Shown here in pieces: positions 19,736 to 29,220 of a stretch of DNA of 64,000 nt (position 1 is its first letter; each line of letters begins with the position of its first letter). Source of the stretch: a bacterium (lineage in GTDB: Bacteria; UBA8248; JACPRG01; G963555815). The DNA lies in the NCBI GenBank assembly GCA_965261595.1, contig CBDHDG010000006.1, positions 416,001 to 480,000 on the forward strand. The letters run 5' to 3'. A model generated the notes under the pieces. It saw only the letters and a list, made by a program, of their open reading frames with translations. It had not been told where the DNA came from and ran no database searches. The position numbers and the translations under genes were made by a program.

Positions 19736-20484
19736 TCGAATTGCCTCACAGCCTCCTCAGTAAGACCATTGAAGAAGATAAGGTTTTTGAAATCCCTCAA
19801 TTGATTGAATGTTTCCTCAATGGTCGAACCGTCTACAGCGAACTCGCCATCCTTAAAAGCGTCAATGTCGAAAATGGCGGCTGGTTGTCGACCGCTCGCA
19901 TTTCCCTCTGAAGCTTGGGTCACATGAGCAGCGATGTCAATGGCGGGATTTTGAATCGTAACTCTTGTGAGAAAACTGCTGATGGTTTGGGGCAGATCTG
20001 GGGGGACGGCTGGCGCAAGCCGTAGATAGGTCTCAAGCTCGAAGGGACCCGGAGGAAACGGAATGCGATTGATGTAGCGAACAGCAAGCCGGGTGATCAC
20101 CTCTGGCCGTGCGATCGCGGAATACAGCCGCCAAAGCTCGATGACAAGCGGAAACAGTTCTTCCCAACTCGTATATGGGTGCAATCGATTCAATGTAAAC
20201 CCGTCCACTCTAAACTGCCCGACCGTTTTCTCATCTTCGGATTTGAAGAAGTAACCCCGCAGCCCGAGGTCCCGGATGACGGGAGGTGGGCCTTCACTCT
20301 CGATCAATTTCACCTCGAAAGTCGCCTTCAGCCCACGTTGGACCTCCATCTTCGGGAAACGATCGGCAAGCTGCGACTGCAAAGCTGAAAGCTCCTCGCC
20401 AAGGAATCCAGCGCGCGCCTTCACTCGGAAGTCGAAAATGGCCTCGGTTATCGGGGCCTTCCGGAGACGCCTCTGGTGCGTCAT
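19732..20484 (-). CDS. TIGR04255-like family protein
   Basis: ATG at 20484 with RBS GAGGTG; L.KAPITEAIFDFR, PYTSWEE, RLAVRYINRI, FDID, IFF..LT motifs. Confidence 0.8.
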   Translation of the reverse strand: MTHQRRLRKAPITEAIFDFRVKARAGFLGEELSALQSQLADRFPKMEVQRGLKATFEVKLIESEGPPPVIRDLGLRGYFFKSEDEKTVGQFRVDGFTLNRLHPYTSWEELFPLVIELWRLYSAIARPEVITRLAVRYINRIPFPPGPFELETYLRLAPAVPPDLPQTISSFLTRVTIQNPAIDIAAHVTQASEGNASGRQPAAIFDIDAFKDGEFAVDGSTIEETFNQLRDFKNLIFFNGLTEEAVRQFE

Positions 20485-20660
20485 ATCACCTCTTGCAGTT
20501 TGTCCAGAAAAAACGAGAGTAGCCAGCGACACGCCAATAAAAACTGAACGCCATACCTTATTCATAACACTTTCACATAGGATTTTGGCAGAATAGACTC
20601 AATGGAGTTGACCCGGTTTGGTGGACACCTGATGATTTGGGGGTAAAGGAGGTGTTCACG

Positions 20661-20975
20661 ATGCCACAGACTCACCCACGCTATCCAATGGAGTTCCGCT
20701 GCCAGATGGTAGAGTTGGTCCGGGCGGGACGCACGCCCGAGGCGCTGGCGCACGAGTTCGAGTCCTCGGCGCAGACGATCCGCACCTGGGCCCATCAAGC
20801 CGACGTTGACGAGGGGCGTCGCAAAGACGGGCTCACGAGCGATGAGCGGGAGGAGTTGCGCCGACTTCGCCGCGAGAACCGACAGCTCCGCCAGGAGCGG
20901 GAGATCTTAGCAAAAGCCGCGGCCTGGTTTGCTCGGGATACCGATTCGATCCCGTCCGGATCTACGGGTTCGTGA
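20661..20975 (+). CDS. IS3 transposase OrfA
   Basis: YP.EFR..MVELV, EELRRLRREN..LRQEREILAKAAAWF; AAAAG slippery site. Confidence 0.92.
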   Translation: MPQTHPRYPMEFRCQMVELVRAGRTPEALAHEFESSAQTIRTWAHQADVDEGRRKDGLTSDEREELRRLRRENRQLRQEREILAKAAAWFARDTDSIPSGSTGS

Positions 20976-21823
20976 GGGCGAACCAGGCCATGTATCGGAC
21001 CGCCACCATGTGCCGGGTGCTGGGCGTCTCCTCCAGCGGCTACTACGCGTGGCGCAGGCGCGCGCCGTGTGCCCGCTCGTGTGCCGATCGGGCGCTCACC
21101 AAACGCATTCAGGCGATCCACGAGCGTTCTCGGGGGACTTGCGGCGTGCCGCGCGTCCATGCCGAGCTGGAGGCTGAGGGAGTGCGTGTGGGCCGCAAGC
21201 GCGTCGCCAGGCTGATACGTGGGGCGGGACTTGCGGGCGTCAGTCGGCGCAAGGGAGCGCGCACGACGCAGCGCCGGCAGGAGGCGCGGCCGGCCCCTGA
21301 TCTGGTGGACCGCAACTTCACGGCCGAGGCCCCCGACCGGCTGTGGGTGGCCGACATCACCTACGTTCCGACATGGGCGGGGTTTTTGTATCTGGCCGTG
21401 GCGCTCGATGCGTTCAGCCGGCGCATCGTGGGGTGGTCGATGGCCACACACCTGCGGGCCGAGTTGGTGCTCGACGCGCTCGACATGGCGCTGTATAAGC
21501 GCCGTCCCCGGGCCGTCATCCACCACTCCGACCAGGGCAGCACGCAGTACACCTCGGTCGCCTTTGGGCAGCGCTGCCGGCAGGCGGGCGGGCGTCCCTC
21601 CATGGGTTCGGTCGGGGACTGCTACGACAACGCGCTGTGTGAGAGCTTTTTCGCCACGCTGGAGTGCGATCTCCTCGCTCGCCACAGTTTCCGCACCCGG
21701 GCCGAGGCGCGCATGGAGGTGTTCGGGTTCATCGAGGGCTTCTACAACCCGCATCGTCGGCACTCCTCCATCGACAACCTGTCACCCGTTAACTACGAAA
21801 GGAGACAACAACGCACACCCTGA
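20972..21823 (+). CDS. IS3 transposase OrfB
   Basis: WVADITY, HHSDQG, CYDNALCESFF, YN..RRHS motifs. Confidence 0.93.
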   Translation: MRANQAMYRTATMCRVLGVSSSGYYAWRRRAPCARSCADRALTKRIQAIHERSRGTCGVPRVHAELEAEGVRVGRKRVARLIRGAGLAGVSRRKGARTTQRRQEARPAPDLVDRNFTAEAPDRLWVADITYVPTWAGFLYLAVALDAFSRRIVGWSMATHLRAELVLDALDMALYKRRPRAVIHHSDQGSTQYTSVAFGQRCRQAGGRPSMGSVGDCYDNALCESFFATLECDLLARHSFRTRAEARMEVFGFIEGFYNPHRRHSSIDNLSPVNYERRQQRTP

Positions 21824-22133
21824 AAACCCAAGTGCTTAACTCTCCACGAAACCGGGGTAAGTCCACAAATACTTGAAATTTACCACTTTCTTCCATAAGG
21901 AAAATTGGGGCGCACTTGGGGCACAGGCCCCACATAACCTATTAACAAATAATGGAATAGCGTGTACGTGGGGGATTGTTGAACCCCTGTGCCAATCACT
22001 TCACGAGACCCTTTCAAGGGGGACGAACCAGGCGAGAACAGGCGGGAGGGGGGGGGGGGCGCAAAACGGGCACAATCGAGACAGCCGAGAAATTTCCAGC
22101 GGATGTGCAATCCGCGTAATCCATTGATAATAT

Positions 22134-22220
22134 TGGTGCCGGAGGCGGGATTCGAACCCGCACGGGCGCAAGGCCCGGGGGATTTTGAGTCCCCTGCGTC
22201 TCCCATTCCGCCACTCCGGC
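22134..22220 (-). tRNA. tRNA-Leu (CAA)
   Basis: Reverse complement GCCGGAGTGGCGGAATGGGAGACGCAGGGGACTCAAAATCCCCC...GGTTCGAATCCCGCCTCCGGCACCA; long variable arm; encoded CCA. Confidence 0.97.
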
Positions 22221-22285
22221 GCGGGATTCTATATGTGAAACGCGAAGCGATTCCGCAAACGGATGAAAGTGGAAGTCTAATCGAG

Positions 22286-22319
22286 GAAGGGACGCCCCCC
22301 GTCAAAGGGGGCGTCCTTC
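22286..22319. terminator. GC-rich hairpin, possible terminator of the upstream SBP gene
   Basis: GAAGGGACGCCCCC...GGGGGCGTCCTTC inverted repeat just after the 22345 stop; no clear U tract. Confidence 0.35.
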
Positions 22320-22344
22320 AATGCAGGCCTCGTCCCCCCCCCCG

Positions 22345-23385
22345 CTAGAACAGCTTCTTGAACGCCCGGGGAGCCCGCTTCGGCGGTAGGATCTTGGGCA
22401 GATAATCATTCGTGTACAGATCGCTGAGCGGAATTTGCTTGGTGATGTTGTTGGCTTTGACGACGATATCCCGGGTCCGGCGCCACTTCTTCTCCGTCAT
22501 CCAACCCAGGCCCAGGCGCTTCTGGTCGGGCGTGAGCCACAGGTCCAGGGTAACGTCCCACACCTCCCGGTTCGGGCCGCGGGCGGCGGTGGGCGCGTGC
22601 TTGAGAAAGGCGTCCATGGCCTTGTCCGGATTCGCGATGGCGTCGGCCAGGCCCTTCATGGAGGCCCGAAGGAACTTTCGCACCATCCCGCCCCGGGTGG
22701 CCAAGGTCTTGTCGGTGACGGAGTAACCCAGGCCGTAAAAGTCCAGACCGTGATTGGCCAGGAGAATGATTTTCGCCTTTCTTCCCTGCTTCGCGGCCAT
22801 CCTCCTGAAGATGGGGGCCTGGGTGATAAAACCGGTGGCGGCCGCATACTGCCCGCCCAGCAGGCCGGTCTCCCGGGCGGCGGGCGCCACGTGGATGACC
22901 TGTATTTTCTTGATGTCGAACCCGTTGATCTTGGCCAGTGTGGGGAAGTTGGCCCAGGTCGCGTCGCCAGCGGGCGTGCCGAATTTCTTCCCCTCCAGGT
23001 CTTTGAGGGTGTTGACCCCGTTGCCCTCCAGCGTCCGGATGACGAAGGGGGCGATGTCGTGTTGCATCACCACGATCTTGAGGGAAAGCCCGCGGGCGCG
23101 GCCCAGGACCACCGAGGCGGTGTCCATCCCGCCGAAGTCGTCTTTTCCGGAGGCGATGTCCTTGGCCGTCTTGCCGCCGCCGTAGCCTCGGACGATCTTC
23201 ACGTCCAGCCCTTCCGCTTTATACAAGCCGCTCTCCAGGCTGTTGTACCAGGAAATGTCACGTCCATACGGAATCCAGCCCAGGTTGAAGATCACTTTCT
23301 CGGCGCCGAACGCGGTCCGGCCCGCCGCCGGCAAAAGGAATCCGGCCATCACGATCGCACATAAACCCTTCTTCAGAATCTTCAT
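22345..23385 (-). CDS. NMT1/THI5-like ABC substrate-binding protein
   Basis: Signal peptide, LGW, GLYKAEGLDV.I..G.GG, DLEGK, YGLG, V.KFLRAS.KG, LYTNDYL. Confidence 0.88.
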   Translation of the reverse strand: MKILKKGLCAIVMAGFLLPAAGRTAFGAEKVIFNLGWIPYGRDISWYNSLESGLYKAEGLDVKIVRGYGGGKTAKDIASGKDDFGGMDTASVVLGRARGLSLKIVVMQHDIAPFVIRTLEGNGVNTLKDLEGKKFGTPAGDATWANFPTLAKINGFDIKKIQVIHVAPAARETGLLGGQYAAATGFITQAPIFRRMAAKQGRKAKIILLANHGLDFYGLGYSVTDKTLATRGGMVRKFLRASMKGLADAIANPDKAMDAFLKHAPTAARGPNREVWDVTLDLWLTPDQKRLGLGWMTEKKWRRTRDIVVKANNITKQIPLSDLYTNDYLPKILPPKRAPRAFKKLF

Positions 23386-23754
23386 CGGGATCTCTCCTTT
23401 TCCGCGATTCAACCCGCCCTTTTCCAAGCCCGCATAGCCGGTGGAAACCGCGGCGCGGGGTTTGAGTTCCACGCTGTGGCGCCGTAACCGGCCAACCGGC
23501 TCCAGAACACTCGCTACATGAAGAAGTCGCTATTGTCCCGACTTGCCCAATCCGAGTCAAGGAAGAAACAACTGCGCCCTCACGAAACGCCCCCGCGGGA
23601 CCGCGCCCGAAAGAGAGGCCGCTGTTCGCCGTTGACAACGAACGCGCCCAGGCTCTAGAACAGGCTGTGGGGAGTGAAAATCAATGCCGATTCCGATTTT
23701 TCTTCGGCGGGCTTCCTCGCCCATCCTTTCCGTGTTCCCGGGAGGTGCACCGGA

Positions 23755-24633
23755 ATGATCGTCCGCGTCGCCGCTGTTCAACCTTTCGCTTACCGGGGCG
23801 AGGAAGAGGCCCGCAATGAAGCCGAGGCCCTGCGGTATCTGGATCGGGCCGCCGATGCCGGCGCCCAGGTGGCGGTCTTTCCCGAGGGCTACCCCGGCCC
23901 CTACAACGGCCCCCTGACGTTCGATCCCTTCCCCGCCCTGTGCGCCAAGGCCCGCGAACACCACATGTACGTCATCGCCAGCAAGGTCCTTCCGGCCCCC
24001 GAGCATGGAGAAAACGTTTATTTCCTGGCCCTGGGACTGATCTCCCCGTCAGGTGAGATGAGGGCGGTCTACCGGCGGTCGCATCCCAATCCTCCGGGCG
24101 TGGAACAGTTCCTGATGCCGGACAAGACCATCGCCCCCGGGGAGGAGGTCCCCGTCTTCGAGACCGATCGGGGCAACTTCGGCCTGCAAATCTGCTCGGA
24201 GCTCTGGCTCCCCGAAGTGAGCCGAATCCAGGCCCTCAAGGGGGCCGACATCCTGTTCGCCCCCATCGGGGGCTGTCTTTACGAGCTCCTCCCCTCCTGG
24301 AAGATCCTCGTCCAGGCCCGGGCCATCGAGAACCTGGCGTATGTCGTGGTCTCGCAGAACATCTGGGGGAAGGAGGAGGGGCTGGGGATGATCGCGGGGC
24401 CCGAGGGCGTCCTCGCGGAGGGCGCGGGGCCCGGCGTCATCACGGCCGACCTCGATCTCGACCGGCTGACTTGGCTCCGGGACGGGGAGCAGCGGATGGT
24501 CCTCCCCAAACCCTACCGGGCCATCCCCGGCATCCTCAAGGAAAGGCGGCACTCCCTGTATGCGGCCCTCTCCGATCCGGATGCTTCCGCCAGAGATTAC
24601 TTTTATTTCAAAGCCGCCGACAAGGCCAAGTGA
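23755..24633 (+). CDS. Carbon-nitrogen hydrolase (nitrilase superfamily)
   Basis: VAAVQ, VFPE, YRRSH, QICSE..PE..R..ALKGA, ARAIEN motifs. Confidence 0.9.
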   Translation: MIVRVAAVQPFAYRGEEEARNEAEALRYLDRAADAGAQVAVFPEGYPGPYNGPLTFDPFPALCAKAREHHMYVIASKVLPAPEHGENVYFLALGLISPSGEMRAVYRRSHPNPPGVEQFLMPDKTIAPGEEVPVFETDRGNFGLQICSELWLPEVSRIQALKGADILFAPIGGCLYELLPSWKILVQARAIENLAYVVVSQNIWGKEEGLGMIAGPEGVLAEGAGPGVITADLDLDRLTWLRDGEQRMVLPKPYRAIPGILKERRHSLYAALSDPDASARDYFYFKAADKAK

Positions 24634-24743
24634 CCTCCGGAGGAGGGGGCACTTGCGTGCCGGCCAAACTGCGGATGGAAGGGTCGTGGTTATTACAACC
24701 CCTCCGGCGCACGGCCGTCCGATAGTCTACCGAGTAGGAACGC

Positions 24744-24974
24744 AAAAACCGGGGCCTTGGCCGGATGCTGCGGCCGCTGAAGACACGCAAGTGTCGTAAC
24801 CGGACGGGCATCCGGTCAAAGATCCAAGCCAGCAAGGGCCACAGCCGACCGCACAGCCAGCAAGACGTCCACCCCCAGAAGGCCGAGCAAAGCTCGGCCG
24901 CAGAAAGTTTTTCAGGGGGTTCCCAACCCCTGGGAGGGGTCCAGGGGGGCGGTTTTTCAAAAAAGCCCCCCTGG
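24744..24974 (+). repeat. Structured dispersed repeat, copy B
   Basis: Homologous to the reverse complement of 3621-3817. Confidence 0.7.
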
Positions 24975-25038
24975 CCATCCTGGTCATCTTCTCCGCAGTC
25001 GTGGCCCGCGGGGTTGACCGTCGCGAAAGGAGACGCCC

Positions 25039-26145
25039 GTGTACTATTTTTGGCCGGAGGATTACACCTGGTCCTACCAACTCGTCCGGACGTTCGGCGC
25101 GGGCGATTACGGGGGCGGCCAGTTTCACGAGGTGTACGGCGCGGCGCGGGGGATTGCCTTGCATGACATCGATTCCTGGCATCGCGAGTTCTCCGGCCTG
25201 GCGGGCCGCGTCGAGGCCCTGGGCCGGGAGTCCCTAGTGGGGGGCCACACCGTGAGCGCACGCGAGGCCCTGTTCCGCGCGGCCAATTATTACCGGAACG
25301 CCGAATTCTTCCTCGCCCATGACGACCCCCGCCGGAAGGGAAATTACGCGAAGATCCGGGAATGCTTTCTCGACGCCGCCCGGTTTCTCGCCTCACCGCC
25401 CGAGACGGTGGAGATCCCTTATGAAGGCGGGTCCCTGCCCGCCTATTTCTACCGCGCGGGGGGGGATCAGAAGGCCCCGATGCTCCTGTTCATCGGCGGA
25501 CTCGAATCCATCGCGGAGGAGCTTTTCTTCTTCGGCGCCCGGGCGGCCGTCGAGCGGGGGATTTCCTGCTGCGTGATGGAGGGTCCGGGCCAGGGGGCGA
25601 GCCTGCGCGAGCGGGGCCTTTTCGGCCGGTACGACTTCGAGGTTCCGGTCTCGGCCGGGGTGGACTATCTCCTCACCCGCCCCGATGTCGACTCGGAGCG
25701 CATCGCCCTGATGGGCCTCAGCATGGGCGGATACCTGAGTCCGAGGGCGGCCTCCTTCGAGCACCGGCTTCGGGCGTGCATCGCCTGGGGGGCCATCTAC
25801 GATTTCGCCGAGGTCTGGGACACCCGGCCCGACGACCACCCCTTGATGAAGCACTTCGTCTGGCTGATGAAGGCGAAAGACGTGGCCGACGCCAGGGAGC
25901 GGGCGAAGAAGTTCCGTCTAGAGGGCGTGGTGGAGAAGATCCGCTGTCCGTTCCTCGTAACGCACGGCGAGGGGGACGTCCAGATCAACGTCTCCCACGC
26001 CCACCAGATGTACGAAGCCGCCACGTGCAACAAACACCTCAAGACTTTCAGTCCCGCCGAGACGGGCGAGACCCACTGCCAGCTCGACAACCTCTCCCTC
26101 GCCCACCGGTATATGTTCGATTGGCTGGAAGAGAAGATGAAGTAA
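25039..26145 (+). CDS. Alpha/beta hydrolase (FrsA / 2,6-dihydropseudooxynicotine hydrolase-like)
   Basis: RA..YY..AEF, GGL.S..EE, EGPGQG, GLSMGG nucleophile elbow, HG..D, HCQ.DN. Confidence 0.88.
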   Translation: MYYFWPEDYTWSYQLVRTFGAGDYGGGQFHEVYGAARGIALHDIDSWHREFSGLAGRVEALGRESLVGGHTVSAREALFRAANYYRNAEFFLAHDDPRRKGNYAKIRECFLDAARFLASPPETVEIPYEGGSLPAYFYRAGGDQKAPMLLFIGGLESIAEELFFFGARAAVERGISCCVMEGPGQGASLRERGLFGRYDFEVPVSAGVDYLLTRPDVDSERIALMGLSMGGYLSPRAASFEHRLRACIAWGAIYDFAEVWDTRPDDHPLMKHFVWLMKAKDVADARERAKKFRLEGVVEKIRCPFLVTHGEGDVQINVSHAHQMYEAATCNKHLKTFSPAETGETHCQLDNLSLAHRYMFDWLEEKMK

Positions 26146-26496
26146 AGCGGCGCGCGCGAACCGCTTACATCCACCACGAGAGGGAGACGCAACACGCTCC
26201 TATGACCCAACGGAAAGCACCCCTGGCGGGAAGCCGCCGTCACCACCTCTCGACAACACCCGCTGCCCAGGTGTTCAGAACCATCGAGAGCGCGCAGAGG
26301 CTCCCGGAGGGATGTAGGGGCCATGAGCCTCAATTTCCGTTTCGTGAAAACCTACACCATGCCCAGTATCTCGTGTAACAGCAGTGAAGGAATGCGGGAA
26401 ATTCAGGATTCCAGGCCTGACCGCAAACATTTCGCGTTAGTGCAAAGCCGAGAACTGAACCTATTACGCCAAGTTTGAACGTAGGACCTTACGCCG

Positions 26497-28245
26497 TCAG
26501 TCCCATGGGAGTTCCGGCGCAGGTTTCGCGGATCGGGCGACTCGGACAATGGCGTCAAGTTTTTCCTTGATCTCCGGATCGAGTTTTTCTCGCGGTACAA
26601 AATCGGCGAGTTCGTGGAAGTTTTTTTTCGCCATAATATTCGGTAGTTCCAGTCTTTTGAAGTACTTCTCGAAGAGTGGTGTAAGGAAATCATCGCTGAC
26701 CTTTGTGTCGGGATCCCACGGTGAGCCCTTATGAAGAGTTTCTAGAGCTTCTGCAATCTCTCGAATGGACATCTGCATGGCCTCCGCCCGTGTGCTCGAT
26801 TCGGCCTCTGTGAAAAGGGGGCCGGCCGTTTTCCTCGGCGGGACGGCCATCGCGTAGGCTTCCAGTGTCTCTCGAAAACAGAGGTAATTCTCGATTTCTC
26901 TGCGACTCCACATCAGTCCCTCTGACCCAAGATTTGGGGGAAGCTCTTGGTCAAGCCTGTCGAAGATAGCGATTGCCTTGAGGCGCGGAACTGCCTCAAG
27001 TAAACCGTAGAAGTTCCTGCGGACATCACTGGGTTGGTTCCTCACATAACGGACAAACGGTCGTTCCAGCACTCTCTGTGCCTCCGTGTGCTCCAACACC
27101 CTGGCGAACGTCTGCAAGATGGCCAAGTCCGTGGAACACTCCAGATACAGCACCCATCCTGTCTGCTCCGCGAGATAGTAATCTTCGAAACCGATGTCCT
27201 TGAGGGCCTTCATGACCTGGCCGCCTCGATTGTTGATGCGATGTGGCTTCCCGATGAAGGCGACGACGACATCCCGGTGGGCGGCTTCATTGAGGACAAC
27301 TTCAGAGTGACTTGCCGCGATGATCTGGGTTCCGCTCTCGCGTGCAACGACCGTTAGAAGTTGATAGATTTGTCTTTGACGAAGGATTTCGAGGTGAGCA
27401 TCGGGTTCATCGAGGAGAAGGATGGCACCCGGATTGGCATACATATAGGCGAGGAGAAGGAGCGTCTGCTGGAGTCCCCTCCCGGAGGAAGACAAATCCA
27501 GAGGGATGCCCCTTTCTCTGTAGGTCATTGCGATCTCGCCACGCTCCGAAATATATCGAGGGACATCCAAATTTACACCAAAGAGCAATTGGATATGGGT
27601 TATCAGCTTTTCCCATATCTCGTTGTTTTTGCTATGAATCCCATGGCACAGATTTCGTAAAACCTCCGCCGTTCGCCCCTCTCCGACACGGACATTTATG
27701 GCGCCCGGATCCAGGCGAGTCTCGTTCGACGCTAGACCCGACATGGGGGGGAGAAACGCCACTTGAGCCTTTCCCGCCTCGTTGGGAATTGGAATTCGGT
27801 CGGGATCCTTTTTTTCCGACAAACGCAACGGGCGGCAATAAAAGGACTCTTCGTTCGCGTAGTCGAATTCTAGACCGCATTTCCAAGATTTGTCGTCGGT
27901 GAGACCCTCGACAACGATGTCGATCCGGATATTCTTAGTCTCTTGCTTTCCGTCAATCTTCTGAACATCTCTCACTCGCAGATTACGCCAGAGCAAGTGA
28001 GCATCCGGGATTGGTACGGCGATCAAATCACGTCGGTTGATGGTAACACCAGGGCGCTTCTCCGGCGCGTTCTTGCCCCTGTATTTTTCGTTCCAATGCT
28101 TCAACCCGACTTCCCAGAGGGCCAGGGCCTGCAAAGCAGATGTCTTTCCGGAATTGTTGGGACCAATGAAAACGACAGGATTGCCCAGCTCGATTTCGAC
28201 CTTGCCAAAACGTTTGAAGTTTCGGGCGGTGAATTTCGTAAGCAT
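26497..28245 (-). CDS. ABC-type AAA ATPase fused to a TOPRIM-like domain (OLD-like)
   Basis: NFKRF, GPNNSGKT (Walker A), SSGRG, LLLDEPDAHL (Walker B), ASHS; C-terminal LYLECSTD, IFD, REIENY. Confidence 0.8.
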   Translation of the reverse strand: MLTKFTARNFKRFGKVEIELGNPVVFIGPNNSGKTSALQALALWEVGLKHWNEKYRGKNAPEKRPGVTINRRDLIAVPIPDAHLLWRNLRVRDVQKIDGKQETKNIRIDIVVEGLTDDKSWKCGLEFDYANEESFYCRPLRLSEKKDPDRIPIPNEAGKAQVAFLPPMSGLASNETRLDPGAINVRVGEGRTAEVLRNLCHGIHSKNNEIWEKLITHIQLLFGVNLDVPRYISERGEIAMTYRERGIPLDLSSSGRGLQQTLLLLAYMYANPGAILLLDEPDAHLEILRQRQIYQLLTVVARESGTQIIAASHSEVVLNEAAHRDVVVAFIGKPHRINNRGGQVMKALKDIGFEDYYLAEQTGWVLYLECSTDLAILQTFARVLEHTEAQRVLERPFVRYVRNQPSDVRRNFYGLLEAVPRLKAIAIFDRLDQELPPNLGSEGLMWSRREIENYLCFRETLEAYAMAVPPRKTAGPLFTEAESSTRAEAMQMSIREIAEALETLHKGSPWDPDTKVSDDFLTPLFEKYFKRLELPNIMAKKNFHELADFVPREKLDPEIKEKLDAIVRVARSAKPAPELPWD

Positions 28246-28473
28246 TAGCGTGTACCTTTCGACTCGAACTCCACTTGACCTCAATTTTGCTGTGTGAATG
28301 TCACTCTCTCAAATATTATAATGTAAAAGTTGACCCCGATCCTGATGCTGAATCGTTCAAATCACATTTCAGACCGGTTGATTGCTTTCACTCACCGCGT
28401 TTAAGGTGTCCGGAAGGGGTGCCGCGCTTTTGAGCGTTCAGTCCGGATCGAAGACGGATTCTGGAGGTGAGGC

Positions 28474-29151
28474 ATGGACATTTTGCGTCGGGACGACATT
28501 CCGATGGGGGGGGTCGAAGGGGTGCGGGAGCATCGCATGGTCATGGACCCGAGGGTTTTCGGAAGCCACGCCAACCCCGGCACGTGGTCCGGCATCGGCC
28601 ATTTCGTCTATCTGTCCGACGCCCGCTTTGTGCCGCGGGGCGAAACCAAGATGCACAACCACGAGGAGCTCGACGTGATCTCCGTGATGGTGGAAGGACG
28701 CATCACGCACGCGGGCTCTCTCGATCATGGCCAGGAAGTCTCGGCCAACGAGGTTCAGGTGCAGCGCGGCGGCGGCGAGAGCTTCTCGCACAACGAGATC
28801 AATCCCGATGACACCGGGAACCGGATGATCCAGATCTGGGCGCTCCCCGCAGAACCGGGAGAGCCCGCGGGCTACAAGCATTACCAACTGGAAAAAGGCG
28901 TCCAGACGCCCGTCTACGGCGGCGAGTCCGGCCAGGACGAAACGTTCCCCGGCCGCACACGGATCGACGTCGGCCTGCTCGGGCCCGGCCAAAGCATCAC
29001 GGTGGACGGACCGGTCGTCGCCTACCTGACCCGGGGAAAGGGCAACGCCAACGGAGAACCCGTTTCCGAGGGCGACCTGCTTCGAGACGACCGACTGAGC
29101 TTTGACGCCCTTGAAGACGCGCTCCTGATCGTCATACACACCCCGCAATAA
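28474..29151 (+). CDS. Pirin family (bicupin) protein
   Basis: MHNH, ITH.GS, VQVQ.GG...SH.E.N, QIW motifs; RBS GGAGGTGAGG. Confidence 0.88.
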   Translation: MDILRRDDIPMGGVEGVREHRMVMDPRVFGSHANPGTWSGIGHFVYLSDARFVPRGETKMHNHEELDVISVMVEGRITHAGSLDHGQEVSANEVQVQRGGGESFSHNEINPDDTGNRMIQIWALPAEPGEPAGYKHYQLEKGVQTPVYGGESGQDETFPGRTRIDVGLLGPGQSITVDGPVVAYLTRGKGNANGEPVSEGDLLRDDRLSFDALEDALLIVIHTPQ

Positions 29152-29220
29152 CCGCGCCGGCCGTTCGGCCGCAAGTCAAGGTCGGGCCGAGACCGGGGGG
29201 AAGAGGAAGGGGGGACCGAA

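Larger units (their letters stand above)
20603..21865 (+). mobile_element. IS3-family insertion sequence
   Basis: 25-bp inverted repeats TGGAGTTGACCCGGTTTGGTGGACA / TCTCCACGAAACCGGGGTAAGTCCA; 3-bp CAA target duplication (20600-20602, 21866-21868). Confidence 0.95.
18548..22191 (-). mobile_element. Integrase-less genomic island at tRNA-Leu
   Basis: Bounded by the intact tRNA and its duplicated 3' half; visibly lower GC; GGGCAC(A) arm-like repeats near both ends; no integrase ORF inside. Confidence 0.8.
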
